Origin: an uncultured Actinomycetota bacterium
Lineage (GTDB): Bacteria; Actinomycetota; Actinomycetes; Propionibacteriales; Nocardioidaceae
Reading direction: 5' to 3'
NCBI GenBank assembly: GCA_963763225.1
Contig: CAVXNT010000007.1
Location: 50,982 to 114,981, forward strand
Length of the DNA stretch: 64,000 nucleotides
The position numbers and the translations under genes were made by a program. Of the stretch, positions 43,466 to 54,445 are shown piece after piece. Under the pieces are notes generated by a model. That model was given only the letters and a program-made list of their open reading frames with translations. It made no database searches and was not told where the DNA came from. Positions within the stretch are counted from its first letter, which is position 1, and the number at the start of each line of letters is the position of its first letter.

Positions 43466-44840
43466 ATGACCGGCCTCGTCGACCGCCACATCTCCTTCCT
43501 GGAGGCGCTGCGCGCCGCCGGGCTGCCGGTGTCGCTCGCCGAGGACCTCGACGCGATCGCCGCGCTGCGAGCGCTGGACTGGCGACCGGCGCGAGGGTGC
43601 GCGCCGGGTACGCCGCGACGCTGGTCAAGAGGCAGACCCAGCGGCCGACGTTCGACGCGCTGTTCGACGTCTACTTCCCGCGGATGGTCGGCGACGGGGC
43701 CGGCGGCGCGAGTGGGCCGAGGCGACGGCCGGGAGATGCGGACAACGCCCAGGCGCTCGACGACTTCCGCGCCGAGCTCGCCGACGCGCTGGGCGAGGGC
43801 GACGAGCAGGCGCTGCTCGACGCTGGCGGCCGAGATGGTCGGCGCGCTTCGGCGCGATGCCGGGCCGCGGGCCGGGGCTGTCGTCGTGGTCGGCGTACAC
43901 CGCGCTGCAGCGGGTTGCGCCGGCGGAGCTGGTCGACCGGATCGTCGCGGCCCTGCTGGCGCGAGGGCCGGCACGGACGACGAGGCGCGCCGCGAGGCCG
44001 GCCGCCGCGTCGGCGGCTTCACCGCGCATGGTCGAGGCCGACGCCCGGCGGCGGATCGCCGAGGAGAAGGGGCCCGAGCACGTCGCGAACGTCGCGATCC
44101 GGCCCAGCATCGACCGGCTCGACTTCACCGCCGCGCGCAAGGCCGACCTCGAGCAGATGCGCCGCGAGATCTACCCGCTCGCCCGCCGGCTCGCCACCCG
44201 GCTCACCCAGGAGCACCACGCGCGGCGCCGCGGTCCGCTGGACTTCCGGCGTACCGTCCGCGCGTCGATCTCCACCGGCGGCGTGCCGATGGCGACGCAC
44301 CACAAGCCGAAGCGGCCGCACCGCACCGAGCTGGTCGTGCTCTGCGACGTCAGCGGCTCGGTCGCGAACTTCGCCCAGTTCACGCTGCTGCTCGTCTACG
44401 CGCTGCGCGACCAGTTCGACAAGGTGCGCGCGTTCACGTTCATCGACCACGTGCACGAGGTCACCCACCACTTCCGGCCCGGCGCCGACCCGGCCGACGT
44501 GCTGGCCGACCTGGCCGCGAGCACCGCCCACGCGGCCCTGTGGGGGCGCACCAACTACGGCCGGGCGTTCACCAAGTTCGAGGAGACGTACGCCGACGCG
44601 CTCGGCCCGAAGTCGTCGCTGCTGATCCTGGGCGACGCCCGGTCGAACTACAGCGACCTGCACCTCGACGTGCTGAAGCGGCTGGCCGGGTCGGCCCGGC
44701 ACGCCTGGTGGCTGAACCCCGAGCACCGGCGGCACTGGGACACCGGCGACTCCGCGGCCACGCAGTACGGCGAGATCGTGCCGATGGTCGAGTGCCGCAA
44801 CCTCACCCAGCTCGGCGAGTTCGTGCACGACATCCTGTAG
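43466..44840 (+). CDS. CoxE-like vWA domain protein, frameshifted
   Basis: LDFRRTVRAS, CDVSGS MIDAS, LGDARSNY and WLNPE. Confidence 0.88.
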
Positions 44841-44858
44841 CGCGGGCGCAGGTGAGGC

Positions 44859-46393
44859 TCAGGGGCGGTGGGTCAGCGCCGAGGACCGCAGCCGCCAGCC
44901 CACCAGGGCCAGGTCCAGTGCCGTGCGGACCTGCCGGTTCTCGAAGTTCGTGCCGCCCAGCAGGTGCGCGATGCGGGCCAGGCGCGCGTAGAGCGTCTGC
45001 CGCCGGATGCCGAGGGCGTCGGCGGCGACCGTCTTCGACAGACCGGCCTCGAGGTAGGCGTCCAGGGTGTGCACCAGGTCGGTGCCGTGGCGGGCGTCCT
45101 GGTCCAGCAGCGGGCCCAGCTGGTCCTCGACGAACCGTTGCAGCTGGCCGTCGTCGACGATGCTGGACAGCAGGTGGTACACCGCGAGGTCGCTGGCGAG
45201 CACCGTGCGGGATCCGGGCGTGAGGCGACGCGCGACGCCGAGCGCCTCACGGGCGGCCGGCAGCGACCGGGCCAGGCCCGCGGTGTCCGCCATCAGCGGG
45301 CCCGCGGCGATGCGGAGGCCGCCGAGCCCGACGGTGGCCCGCAGCTCGCGCTCCAGGACGTCGGCGAGCTCCTCGAGGCGGTCGCGGAGGGCCTGCGGCG
45401 GCACCGTCGTCGCGATCACGAGCTCGCCCTCGACCTCACCCACGAGCGCCGGGCCGAAGACGCTGCGCGCCGCCTCGGTGGTCGCGGTGAGGCCCGCGCG
45501 GGCCGAGCCCGGCAGGCGTAGGTCGACCGCGAGGCCGACCACCCGGGTCCCGGTCGGCGGGGTCAGCCCGGCCGCACGGGCCCGGATGACGATGTCGCTG
45601 CTGGCGAGGTACTGCCCGGACGCGAGCGCTGCGACCAGGTCGGCCCCACCGCCGGCCCGGCGGCCCGTCCAGCCGACCGGGCCCAGTCGAGGTCGAGCAC
45701 CCGCGCGCACAGCTCGGCCAGGCGGTGGTCCACCGCCGCGTCACGCCGGTCGTCGCGCCCTCCCGCGACGGCCAGGGTCGCCCACGCGGCCCGCCCGACC
45801 GGTACCTCGCACCGCACCGCGCCGTCGCGGCGCACGTCGTCACCCAGCAGCAGCGCTCCGTCGTCGGAGTAGACGCCGGCCGGGCCGTCGCACAGCTCGG
45901 CGACCAGGGCCGTCAGGGCGGACCCGCCGGCGCCGGCCGCGACCGCCTCGTGCAGGGTGGTGGTGGCGTGGTCCAACCGACGGAGCAGGTCGATCTCGCC
46001 GCTGATCAGCAGCGGGTGCACGGTCTCGGTGATCTCGATGAACGGCACCACGCCGTGCAGCAGCACCAGCGGGAGGTCGTACGTCTCGGCGGCCGTCACC
46101 AGCTCCGGCGGCGGCGTGGTGAAGGTCCGGCCCAGCTCGAGCAGCAGGGCGGTGACGTCCTGCGCGGCCAGGGACTCGACGTAGGAACCGATGGCGGCCG
46201 CGCCGGTCCCCACCAGGCCCAACCCGGTGGTCATCAGTACCTCGCCGCCCTTCAGCAGCGGGGAGATGCCGTAGATCTCCGACGTGTGCACCCACCGCAC
46301 CGGCCGCTCGTCCAGCCGGGTGCCTGCGACCACCTCCGGCCGGGCCGCCTGCAGCGGCGGCAGGGCGAGGAAGTCGGCCAGCGTCAGCGCCAT
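44859..46393 (-). CDS. PucR family transcriptional regulator, frameshifted
   Basis: VRWVHTSE, LKGGEVLMTTG, LVHTLDAYL and LGIRRQTLYARL HTH. Confidence 0.88.
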
Positions 46394-46547
46394 GAGGCGA
46401 TCGTCGCGCACCGGCGACCCGGCGTACAGAATGTCCAAACATCCCGCGAGGAACGTGACGGTGTGTCTCTTGTGGCGCGCATCACTCGCCGCTTGACTGA
46501 GCCCGGCGACCGCGCCGGTCGCCGAGGATCCCGCGGAGGTGCCGTCC

Positions 46548-47660
46548 ATGAAGATCAGCCTGCTGCCCCCTCGCCGCGCACCGCGGCGCGCCGCCTCGCG
46601 CCGCGTGCCCGTGCTGGTCGCCGCCCTGGCCGGTGCCCTCGTGCTCGCGGGTTGCGGCGGCTCGACCGGCAACGAGAAGAGCTCCTCGGGATCGGGCTCG
46701 GGCGACCTGCCGCTGGTCTACGGCGTGTTCGCCACGCCGCTGGAGGAGCCGTGGGACGGCGCGATCCACGCCGCGCTCCAGTCGGCCGCCGACGACGGCA
46801 AGATCGAGTACAAGTACATCGACAACCTCAGCACCTCCGACGCGATGGAGCGCAGCCTGCGCGACATCGCCACCAACGAGAAGCCCGACGCGATCATGGG
46901 CGACGCGTTCGCCGCCGAGGAGGCCGTGCGCAAGGTCGCGGCGGACTTCCCCGACATCCCGTTCGCCTTCGGTTCCGGTGAGCCGCCGGTCGAGCCGAAC
47001 ATGAGCGTGTTCGACAACTGGCTGCAGGACCCGGCGTACCTCGCCGGGATGCTGGCCGGCGGGCTCACGAAGAGCAACACCATCGGCATGGTGGCCGCGA
47101 TGCCGATCCCGGAGGTCAACCGGATCGTCAACGCGTTCGTGCTCGGTGTGAAGGAGACCAACACGAACGCCACCGTCAAGGTCTCGTTCATCAACAGCTT
47201 CTTCGACCCGGCCGCCGCGAAGCAGGCCGCGCAGGCCCAGATCGCCGCCGGCGCCGACGTGCTCTTCGCCGAGCGCGACGGCGTCATCGCCGCGGCCAAG
47301 GAGGCCGACCTGCCGGTCATCGGCATGATGGTCGACCAGCAGCGACGAGGCGCCGCAGAACGTCGTCACCTCGCTGATCTGGCACATGCGCCCGACGGTG
47401 GACGCCGTCATCGCCCAGGCCGAGAACGGCCCGCACGGGCGTCGACCTGGGCAAGTACTCCTTCATGCAGGCCGGCGGCAGCGAGCTCGCGCCCATCAAC
47501 ACCGACGTCGTCGGCGGGGTGCCGGACGACGCTGGTCTCCCAGGTGGAGGACAAGGAGGCCGCCATGAAGGACGGCAGCTTCACCACGCCCGTCGACGAG
47601 AGCGCACCGGCCAAGTCCATCGACGTCTCCACCAAGTGGCTCGACCGCGACGGAGGCCCC
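46548..47660 (+). CDS. BMP family ABC substrate-binding lipoprotein (nucleoside/nucleobase), frameshifted; end approximate
   Basis: LAGC lipobox, [15 protein letters not shown] and [11 protein letters not shown]. Confidence 0.85.
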
Positions 47661-49230
47661 GCCGGAGGCTCTGCTCGAGCTCACCGGCGTCACCAAGCGG
47701 TACGGCGACCTGCTGGCCAACGACGACGTCGTCGCTGCGCGTGGCACCCGGTGAGGTCGTGGCGATGCTCGGCGAGAACGGCGCGGGCAAGTCGACGCTG
47801 ATGAAGATCGTCTACGGACTGGTCTCGCCCGGACGCGGGCCGGATCGCCGTGGACGGGGTGCCGCTGCAGATCGGCTCGCCCCGCGACGCGATGGCGGCC
47901 GGCATCGGGATGGTGACCCAGGAGTTCTCCCTGGTCGAGACGATGACGGTCGCGGAGAACATCGCGCTGTCGGGCCTCGGGCTGGGCCGGGTGGACCTGG
48001 CCCGGACCCGGCGCCGGGTCCTCGACGCGATGGAGCGGGTCGGCGTGCAGCCTGGAGCCCGACCGCCTCGTGTCGACGCTGTCCATCGGGGAGCGGCAGC
48101 GGGTGGAGATCGTCAAGGCGCTCTTCCACGACTGCCGGGTGGTGATCCTCGACGAGCCGACCGCGGTGCTCACCCCGCAGGACGTGCGGGCCCTCTTCGA
48201 CACCGTGCGGCGGCTGCGCGCGCAAGGGCTCGGGATCCTGATCGTCTCCCACAAGCTCCGCGAGGTCGCGGAGATCTCCGACCGGGTCGTGGTGCTGCGG
48301 CGTGGCCGGCTGGTGGGGGAGCGGGTCACCGCCGGCGTCGGCGACGAGGAGCTCGCGGCGCTGATGATGGGGACGCCGGCGCTGCCCACGGTGGTCGACG
48401 ACCCCGGTGACCTGGGCGCCGCGGTCGGCATGTCGTCCGGGGACGAGCAGGCGCCGGCTCCTGCCCCGGCCGCACCGGCCGAGCCCCACGGCGCCGCGGT
48501 GCTGGAGGTCCGCGGGCTCACCGCCCGCCTGCGCGGGCGCGACGTGCTCACGGGCATCGACCTCACCGTCCGGGCCGGCGAGATCGTCGGTGTCGCCGGC
48601 GTGTCGGGCAACGGCCAGACCGAGCTGGTCGAGGTCCTCAGCGGCATGGCCGCGCCGACAGCGGGCACGATCCGGGTCGGCGGCGTCGACGTGACCCGGA
48701 CCGGCACCAGCGGCCGTCTCGGCGCCGGGCTCGGGCGGCTGACCGAGGACCGTCGGGGCAGCGTCGTGCTGCAGATGAGCGTCGAGTACAACCTCGTCCT
48801 GGAGGACCTCGACAGCTACACCCGCCGCGGCCTGCTGGACCGCGCTGCCATCCGGGCGCACGCCGAGGAGATGATCGAGCGGTTCGACATCCGCGCCCGC
48901 CCCACCGACCCGGTCGCGACGCTGTCCGGCGGCAACATGCAGAAGGTGCTGCTCGCCCGGGCCCTGGCGCGCCGGCCGCGGGTGCTGGTCGTCGCGCAGC
49001 CGACCCGCGGCCTCGACATCGGCGCCTACCGCTACGTGCACGAGCAGCTCGACGAGCTGCGCTCGGAAGGAGGCGGGGTGCTGCTGGTGTCGGAGGACCT
49101 CGACGAGCTGCGGGCCCTCAGCGACCGGGTGGTCGTGCTGTTCCGCGGTGAGCTGGTCGCCGAGCTGCCGGTCGCTGAGGCGGCACCCGACCGGTTGGGC
49201 GTCCTCATGGCCGGAGGGGTGCCGTCGTGA
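47636..49230 (+). CDS. Nucleoside ABC transporter ATP-binding protein (two NBDs), frameshifted; start approximate
   Basis: [34 protein letters not shown] and QPTRGLD. Confidence 0.9.
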
Positions 49231-50290
49231 GGGTCGTCCTGCGCGGGCGCGAGCCGCGCTGGCTGGTGCCGGCGGCGATCGCGGCCGCCGTGCTGGTCAC
49301 CGTCGCCGTCACCGCGGTCCCGATCCGGCTGGCCGGCGCGAACCCGCCGGCGGCGTTCCAGCGCTACCTCGTCACGCCGCTGACCACGACCCACGGTCTC
49401 TACGAGGTGCTGCTCACCGCGACACCGCTGCTGTTCACCGGCATCGCGGTCGCGGTCGCGTTCCGGGCCGGCTACTGGAACATCGGCGCCGAGGGGCAGT
49501 TCCTCGCGGGCGCGGTCGGGACCACGGCGGTCGGGATCACCTTCACCGACCTGCCCGCGGTGCTCGCCCTGCCGCTCGGCTTCGTGGCGGGCGCGGTCGG
49601 CGGCATCCTGTGGGCGGTCGTCCCGGCCCTGCTGAAGCGACGGGCGGGCATCGACGAGGTGGTCACGACGCTGCTGCTGAACCCCGTGGCGCTCCTGGTG
49701 GTGCAGGGCCTCCTCAACGGTCCGTGGCGCAACTCGAGCACGGGCTTCACCGACTCCGACCGGCTCGGCTCCGGCTACGACCTGCCGGCGCTCGTCCCCG
49801 GCAGCCGGGTGCACTGGGGCTTCGGCCTCGCGGTGATCGTGCTGGTGGTGGTGGGCGTCGTGATGGCGCGCACCGGCACCGGCATCCGCATCCGCGCCGC
49901 GGGCCAGGCACCCGGGGCGGCCGCGTTCAGCGGCATCGACGTCGGCCGGCTGCAGTGGCGCTGCGCGCTGGTCTCCGGTGGCATCGCCGGCCTCGGCGGC
50001 GCCTCGCAGGTGATGGGCGTGCAGCACCAGCTCACGTCGGGGATCAGCAACAGCTACGGGTACACGGGAGTGATCGTGGCGACCCTGGGCGGCCTCGGCG
50101 CGCTCGGCGTACTCCTGGTCGCCGTGCTGCTCGGCGACATCTCGGTCGGCGCGCAGAACGTGTCGCTGGTCCTCCAGGTGCCGACCCAGCTCGGTGCGAT
50201 GTTCAGCGCGCTGCTGCTGCTCGCGGTGCTGTCCGCGATGAGCTGGCGGCGCTATCGGATCCAGTGGCGACGAGGTGGGGCGAGCGATGA
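49227..50290 (+). CDS. Nucleoside ABC transporter permease
   Basis: WNIGAEGQ, EVVTTLLLN and YGYTGVIVATLG. Confidence 0.88.
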
Positions 50291-51186
50291 GCCTCAACCT
50301 GCTCGCCCTGCTGGGCGCCATGCTCACCATCGCGACACCCCTGGTGTGGGCCGGGATCGGCGAGGTCATCACCGAGCGCAGCGGCGTGCTCAACCTCGGC
50401 ATCGAGGGCACCATGTACGCCGGCGCGTTCGTCGGCTTCCTCGTCGCGGACCGGTCCGGGTCGGCCTGGGTGGGGCTCGCGGCCGCGGTCGGCTCCGGCG
50501 TGGTCGCCGGCCTCCTGATGGGGCTGTTCGCGGTGACGCTCGGGCTCAACCAGCACGTGGCCGGACTCGGCCTCACCCTGCTGCTGATCGCCACCTGCGA
50601 CTTCACGTTCCGCCTGCTCTACACCGGCGAGCGGCCGACCCTCGACCACAAGTTCCACGTCTGGTTCCGCGGCAGCGAGGTGATCGACCAGCACTGGCTC
50701 ACCTACGTCGGCTTCCTCGTGCTCGCCCCGGTCGCGTGGTGGGTCCTCCGCTCGACCGGCATGGGCATGCGGCTGCGCGCGGTCGGCGAGAACTTCGAGG
50801 CGGCCGACGTCGCCGGCATCTCGGTGACGCTCACCCGCTACGTCGCGATCGTCGTCGGCGCGGTGCTGATGGCGGTCGGCGGCGCGTTCCTGACCCTGGC
50901 GGTGCTCGGCAGCTTCACCCTCGACATCGTCAGCGGACGCGGGTGGGTCTGCATCGCACTGGTGATCTTCGCGCGCTGGCGGGTCTTCCCGGCGGTCGCC
51001 GGGGCGCTCATCTTCGCGGGCACCGACGCGCTGCAGCTGCAGCTCGCGATCTCGCCGGCCTTCGCCGACATCCCCGGCGAGCTGATGCTGGCGCTGCCGT
51101 ACCTCGCCGTCATCGTCGCCCTGGCGATCTGGGGGCGCACCGTGCGCTACCCCGGCTCGTACCTCAAGGCATACCGCCGGACCTGA
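50287..51186 (+). CDS. Nucleoside ABC transporter permease
   Basis: ERSGVLNLGIEG, LRAVGEN, GRGWVCIALV and LPYL. Confidence 0.9.
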   Translation: MSLNLLALLGAMLTIATPLVWAGIGEVITERSGVLNLGIEGTMYAGAFVGFLVADRSGSAWVGLAAAVGSGVVAGLLMGLFAVTLGLNQHVAGLGLTLLLIATCDFTFRLLYTGERPTLDHKFHVWFRGSEVIDQHWLTYVGFLVLAPVAWWVLRSTGMGMRLRAVGENFEAADVAGISVTLTRYVAIVVGAVLMAVGGAFLTLAVLGSFTLDIVSGRGWVCIALVIFARWRVFPAVAGALIFAGTDALQLQLAISPAFADIPGELMLALPYLAVIVALAIWGRTVRYPGSYLKAYRRT

Positions 51187-51253
51187 CCCGACCCATCCGC
51201 AGCACCTGCCCACCGCCGACCGGCGCGGGCCCCGATCCTCGAACGGAGACGAC

Positions 51254-51703
51254 ATGACCGACCACGACCTGCTCGCCCACGCGGTCGCCGAGGCCCGCCG
51301 GGGGCTGGCCGAAGGCGGCATCCCGATCGGCGCGGCGCTCGTCCACGACGGCGACGTGCTCGGCACCGGTCACAACCGGCGCGTCCAGATGGGCAGCGCC
51401 ATCCGGCACGGCGAGACCGACTGCCTGGAGAACGTCGGCCGGCTCCCCGCCACGGTCTACGCCCGGTCCACGATGGTCACGACGCTGTCGCCGTGCGACA
51501 TGTGCACCGGCGCGATCCTGCTCTACAAGATCCCCCGCGTCGTGATCGGTGAGAACCGGAACTTCCTGGGCGGCGAGGAGCTGCTGCGTTCGCGCGGGGT
51601 CGAGGTCGTCGTCCTCGACGACGACGAGTGCGTCGAGATGATGAGTACCTTCATCCGCGAGAACCCGACGCTCTGGAACGAGGACATCGGCGTCGAGGAC
51701 TGA
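51254..51703 (+). CDS. Zn-dependent nucleobase deaminase, fungal FCY1-type cytosine deaminase-like
   Basis: EGGIPIGA, HGETDCLEN, TTLSPCDMC and WNEDIG. Confidence 0.85.
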   Translation: MTDHDLLAHAVAEARRGLAEGGIPIGAALVHDGDVLGTGHNRRVQMGSAIRHGETDCLENVGRLPATVYARSTMVTTLSPCDMCTGAILLYKIPRVVIGENRNFLGGEELLRSRGVEVVVLDDDECVEMMSTFIRENPTLWNEDIGVED

Positions 51704-51721
51704 CCCGGGCGGACGGCCCGC

Positions 51722-52936
51722 TCACGGCGCGCGGACGATCTGGAACACCTGGCTCGAGACCGACGGCGGCGGCCCGTTCCCGCCCGCCAGGAAGCCGGCG
51801 TCGTGGAGGCTCGCGAGCTGTTCCCGGACCGACGGGTCGCCCGACGCGTCCGCGGCCGCCGCCCCGTGCACGTAGTGCCAGTAGTCGTGGTCGCCGACCA
51901 CGCCACCGGGCCCGCCCTGGTCGGCGAACGTGACCGTCGTCTGCGCGACGGTGTCGGGGTTGGGGGCGCCGTCGGTCAGCGGCACGACGTCGCCCTCGTG
52001 CTCCAGCGACAGCACGTGGCTGCCGGCCGGGAAGCCGGGCACCTGCGCGGTCGGAGAGCCGGCGGTGACGACGTGCGTGACGTCGTACGGGCTGCCCTGC
52101 CCGAGGATCGCGGCGGCGGTCATGCCGCCCAGGGAGTGGCCCACCAGCAGCACCGGGTCGTGCGGCCCGATGCCCGCGTCGTGCATCGCCTGCAGGACGC
52201 CCTGCTGGTAGGCGTTGTCGGCGCCGCCCATCGTGAGCAGATCGGTGGGGAAGTCGCGCACGTCGTCGTCCTTGGTCCACGGCAGCGTGGTCATGTCGTC
52301 GGTCCCGGGGAGGTAGACGATGTGGCGCACGACCCCGCTGCCGTCGTCCAGCGTCTGGACCTCGATGGTGCCGTTGTGCGGGGAGTCGGGAGTGTCCGAA
52401 AGGCCCGCGACCTGCTGCAGGTGGCCGATCAGGCCCCGCAGGTCGCTCGGCTGGGTCCGCGAGCCCGGCACGTGGTCGTCGGTCGGATGTACGCCGGGGT
52501 GCCCGTCCGGGCCGTAGAGGAGCGCGAGCAGCGCGGCGTGCCGCTCGGGTCCGGTGAGGCCGAACGCGTGCTCGACGAGGGCCGAGCGCGGTGGTTGCAG
52601 CCAGGCCCGGACCGTGTCGTCGCACGCGTCCAGGTCCGCGACCACGGCCCGCACGAGGACCGCGTCGGCCTCCCAGCCCAGCGACTCGACCAGCACGCCG
52701 TCGGGCCCGGTCGTCGCGGCGAACACGGCCTGCTCGGCGAGCGCGAACGTCGCCGGGGCGAGGGGTGCCGACCGGGCGAGGTCGGCGTCGGTCATGGTGC
52801 GGACGCCGAGGCCGGCCCAGTCGCGCAGCTCACTCCCGGCCAGGTCGAAGGCGTCGGCGAGCCGGCGCAGCTCGGCGTACGTCGCCGCCAGGCCGTAGGC
52901 ACCGCCGGCGACGTGGGTGACGTGCGTGTCGCTCAC
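51722..52936 (-). CDS. Alpha/beta-hydrolase (lipase-like) protein with a helical N-terminal domain; putative T7SS substrate
   Basis: YLPGTD, LVGHSLGG, TAGSP, DVVP and C-terminal His; no signal peptide. Confidence 0.75.
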   Translation of the reverse strand: MSDTHVTHVAGGAYGLAATYAELRRLADAFDLAGSELRDWAGLGVRTMTDADLARSAPLAPATFALAEQAVFAATTGPDGVLVESLGWEADAVLVRAVVADLDACDDTVRAWLQPPRSALVEHAFGLTGPERHAALLALLYGPDGHPGVHPTDDHVPGSRTQPSDLRGLIGHLQQVAGLSDTPDSPHNGTIEVQTLDDGSGVVRHIVYLPGTDDMTTLPWTKDDDVRDFPTDLLTMGGADNAYQQGVLQAMHDAGIGPHDPVLLVGHSLGGMTAAAILGQGSPYDVTHVVTAGSPTAQVPGFPAGSHVLSLEHEGDVVPLTDGAPNPDTVAQTTVTFADQGGPGGVVGDHDYWHYVHGAAAADASGDPSVREQLASLHDAGFLAGGNGPPPSVSSQVFQIVRAP

Positions 52937-53232
52937 AGCGCCTCCGCCAGGTGGTGGAGCAGCGAGGACGGCGCGGTGAGGAGGTCCTCGGCGAGGTCGA
53001 CCTCGCGGGCGTGCCGCAGCAGTGCCTCGGCGGCGTCGTCGTGCAGGCAGGCGGTGCGGTGGAGTGCGGACACGCGGCCCTGGACGTGGACACGCATGGC
53101 GTCGGCCGCCACCCCGTCCCACGCGACTTCGGCGGCGCTGCGCAGCAGACCGGCGGCGAGGTCGCGGATCTCGTCCGCGCGCTCGCGGAGCCGGCCGGCC
53201 AGGGCGCGGATGGCGGCGGTGTCTGGGTGCAT
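52933..53232 (-). CDS. WXG100-like small helical protein (99 aa)
   Basis: MHPDTAAIRALAGRLRERADEIR...WDGVAADAMR; W-x-G between two amphipathic helices; 4-bp overlap with the lipase gene. Confidence 0.7.
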   Translation of the reverse strand: MHPDTAAIRALAGRLRERADEIRDLAAGLLRSAAEVAWDGVAADAMRVHVQGRVSALHRTACLHDDAAEALLRHAREVDLAEDLLTAPSSLLHHLAEAL

Positions 53233-53270
53233 GCCCGGAAGCGTCGCCGCATCGGCGCTGTGGAGAAACG

Positions 53271-54445
53271 TCAGCCGGCGACGACTGTGGACAACCGCGC
53301 CAGCGCCTCCTCGATGTCGGCCGTCGGGCCGGCGAAGCTGAGCCGCACGAACCGGCCCCCGTCGACGGTGTCGAAGTCGACGCCGGGGGCCAGGCCGACG
53401 CCGGTGCGGGCCAGGACGTCGTGGCAGAACGCCATGGTGTCGTCGGTCAGGTGGCCGACGTCGGCGTACACGTAGAACGCGCCGTCGGCCGGTGCGAGCC
53501 GGGTGATGCCGAGGTTCGGCAGCCCGTCGAGCAGGAGCGCACGGTTGTGGGCGTACCGGGCGACGTGGCCGTCGAGCTCGGCGTACGACGCGTCGCTGAA
53601 CGCCGCGATGCTGGCCCACTGGCCCAGCACCGGCGGGCAGATCGTGAAGTTGCCGGTCAGCACGTCGGTCGCGCGGCGCAGCCGGTCGGGCACCAGCATC
53701 CAGCCGATCCGCCAGCCGGTCATCGAGAAGTACTTGGAGAAGCTGGAGAACACCACGGCCTCGCGGCTGGTCTCCCAGGCGCTGCGCGCCAGGTCGTCGG
53801 GTGGGGCGTACTCGATGCCGTGGTAGATCTCGTCCGAGATCAGCTGGATCCTCTGCTCCTCGCAGTACGCCGCGAGCGCCGCGAGCTCGCTCGGGCAGCA
53901 GCATCGTGCCGGTCGGGTTGGCGGGGCTGGCGACCACCAGCCCCTTGATGTCCTCGAGCTCGGCCACCTGCTCGACGGTGGGCTGGAAGCGGGTCTCCGG
54001 TCCGGTCGGGATCTCGACGACCTCGCAGCCCGAGCGCGGCCAGCACGTTGCGGTAGCAGGGGTAGCCCGGGCGGGCCATCGCGACCCGGTCGCCGACCTC
54101 GAACGCGGCGAGGAACGCCAGCAGGAAGCCACCGCTGCTGCCGGTGGTGACCACCACCTCGTCGGGGTGCACGTCGATGCCGTGGGTGCGCCGGTGGTGG
54201 CCGGCGATCGCCTCCCGGAGCTCGAGGATGCCGGTGGCGGGCGTGTAGCCGAGCGGGTCGCCGGAGTCCAGCAGCCGCTTGGCCTCCTCCCGCACCGGCG
54301 CCGGCGCCCCCGTCGACGGCTGCCCCGCCAGCAGGTTGACCAGGTCGCCGTGCGTGCGCTGCCGGGTGGCGGCCGCCGCCAGCAGGTCCATCACGTGGAA
54401 CGGCGGCACGTTCGCCCGGCTGGCCACCTCGAACCGGTCACTCAT
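53271..54445 (-). CDS. PLP-dependent aminotransferase class I/II, frameshifted
   Basis: GYPCYRN, SPANPTG, SDEIYHG and SFSKYFSMTGWRIG. Confidence 0.9.
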
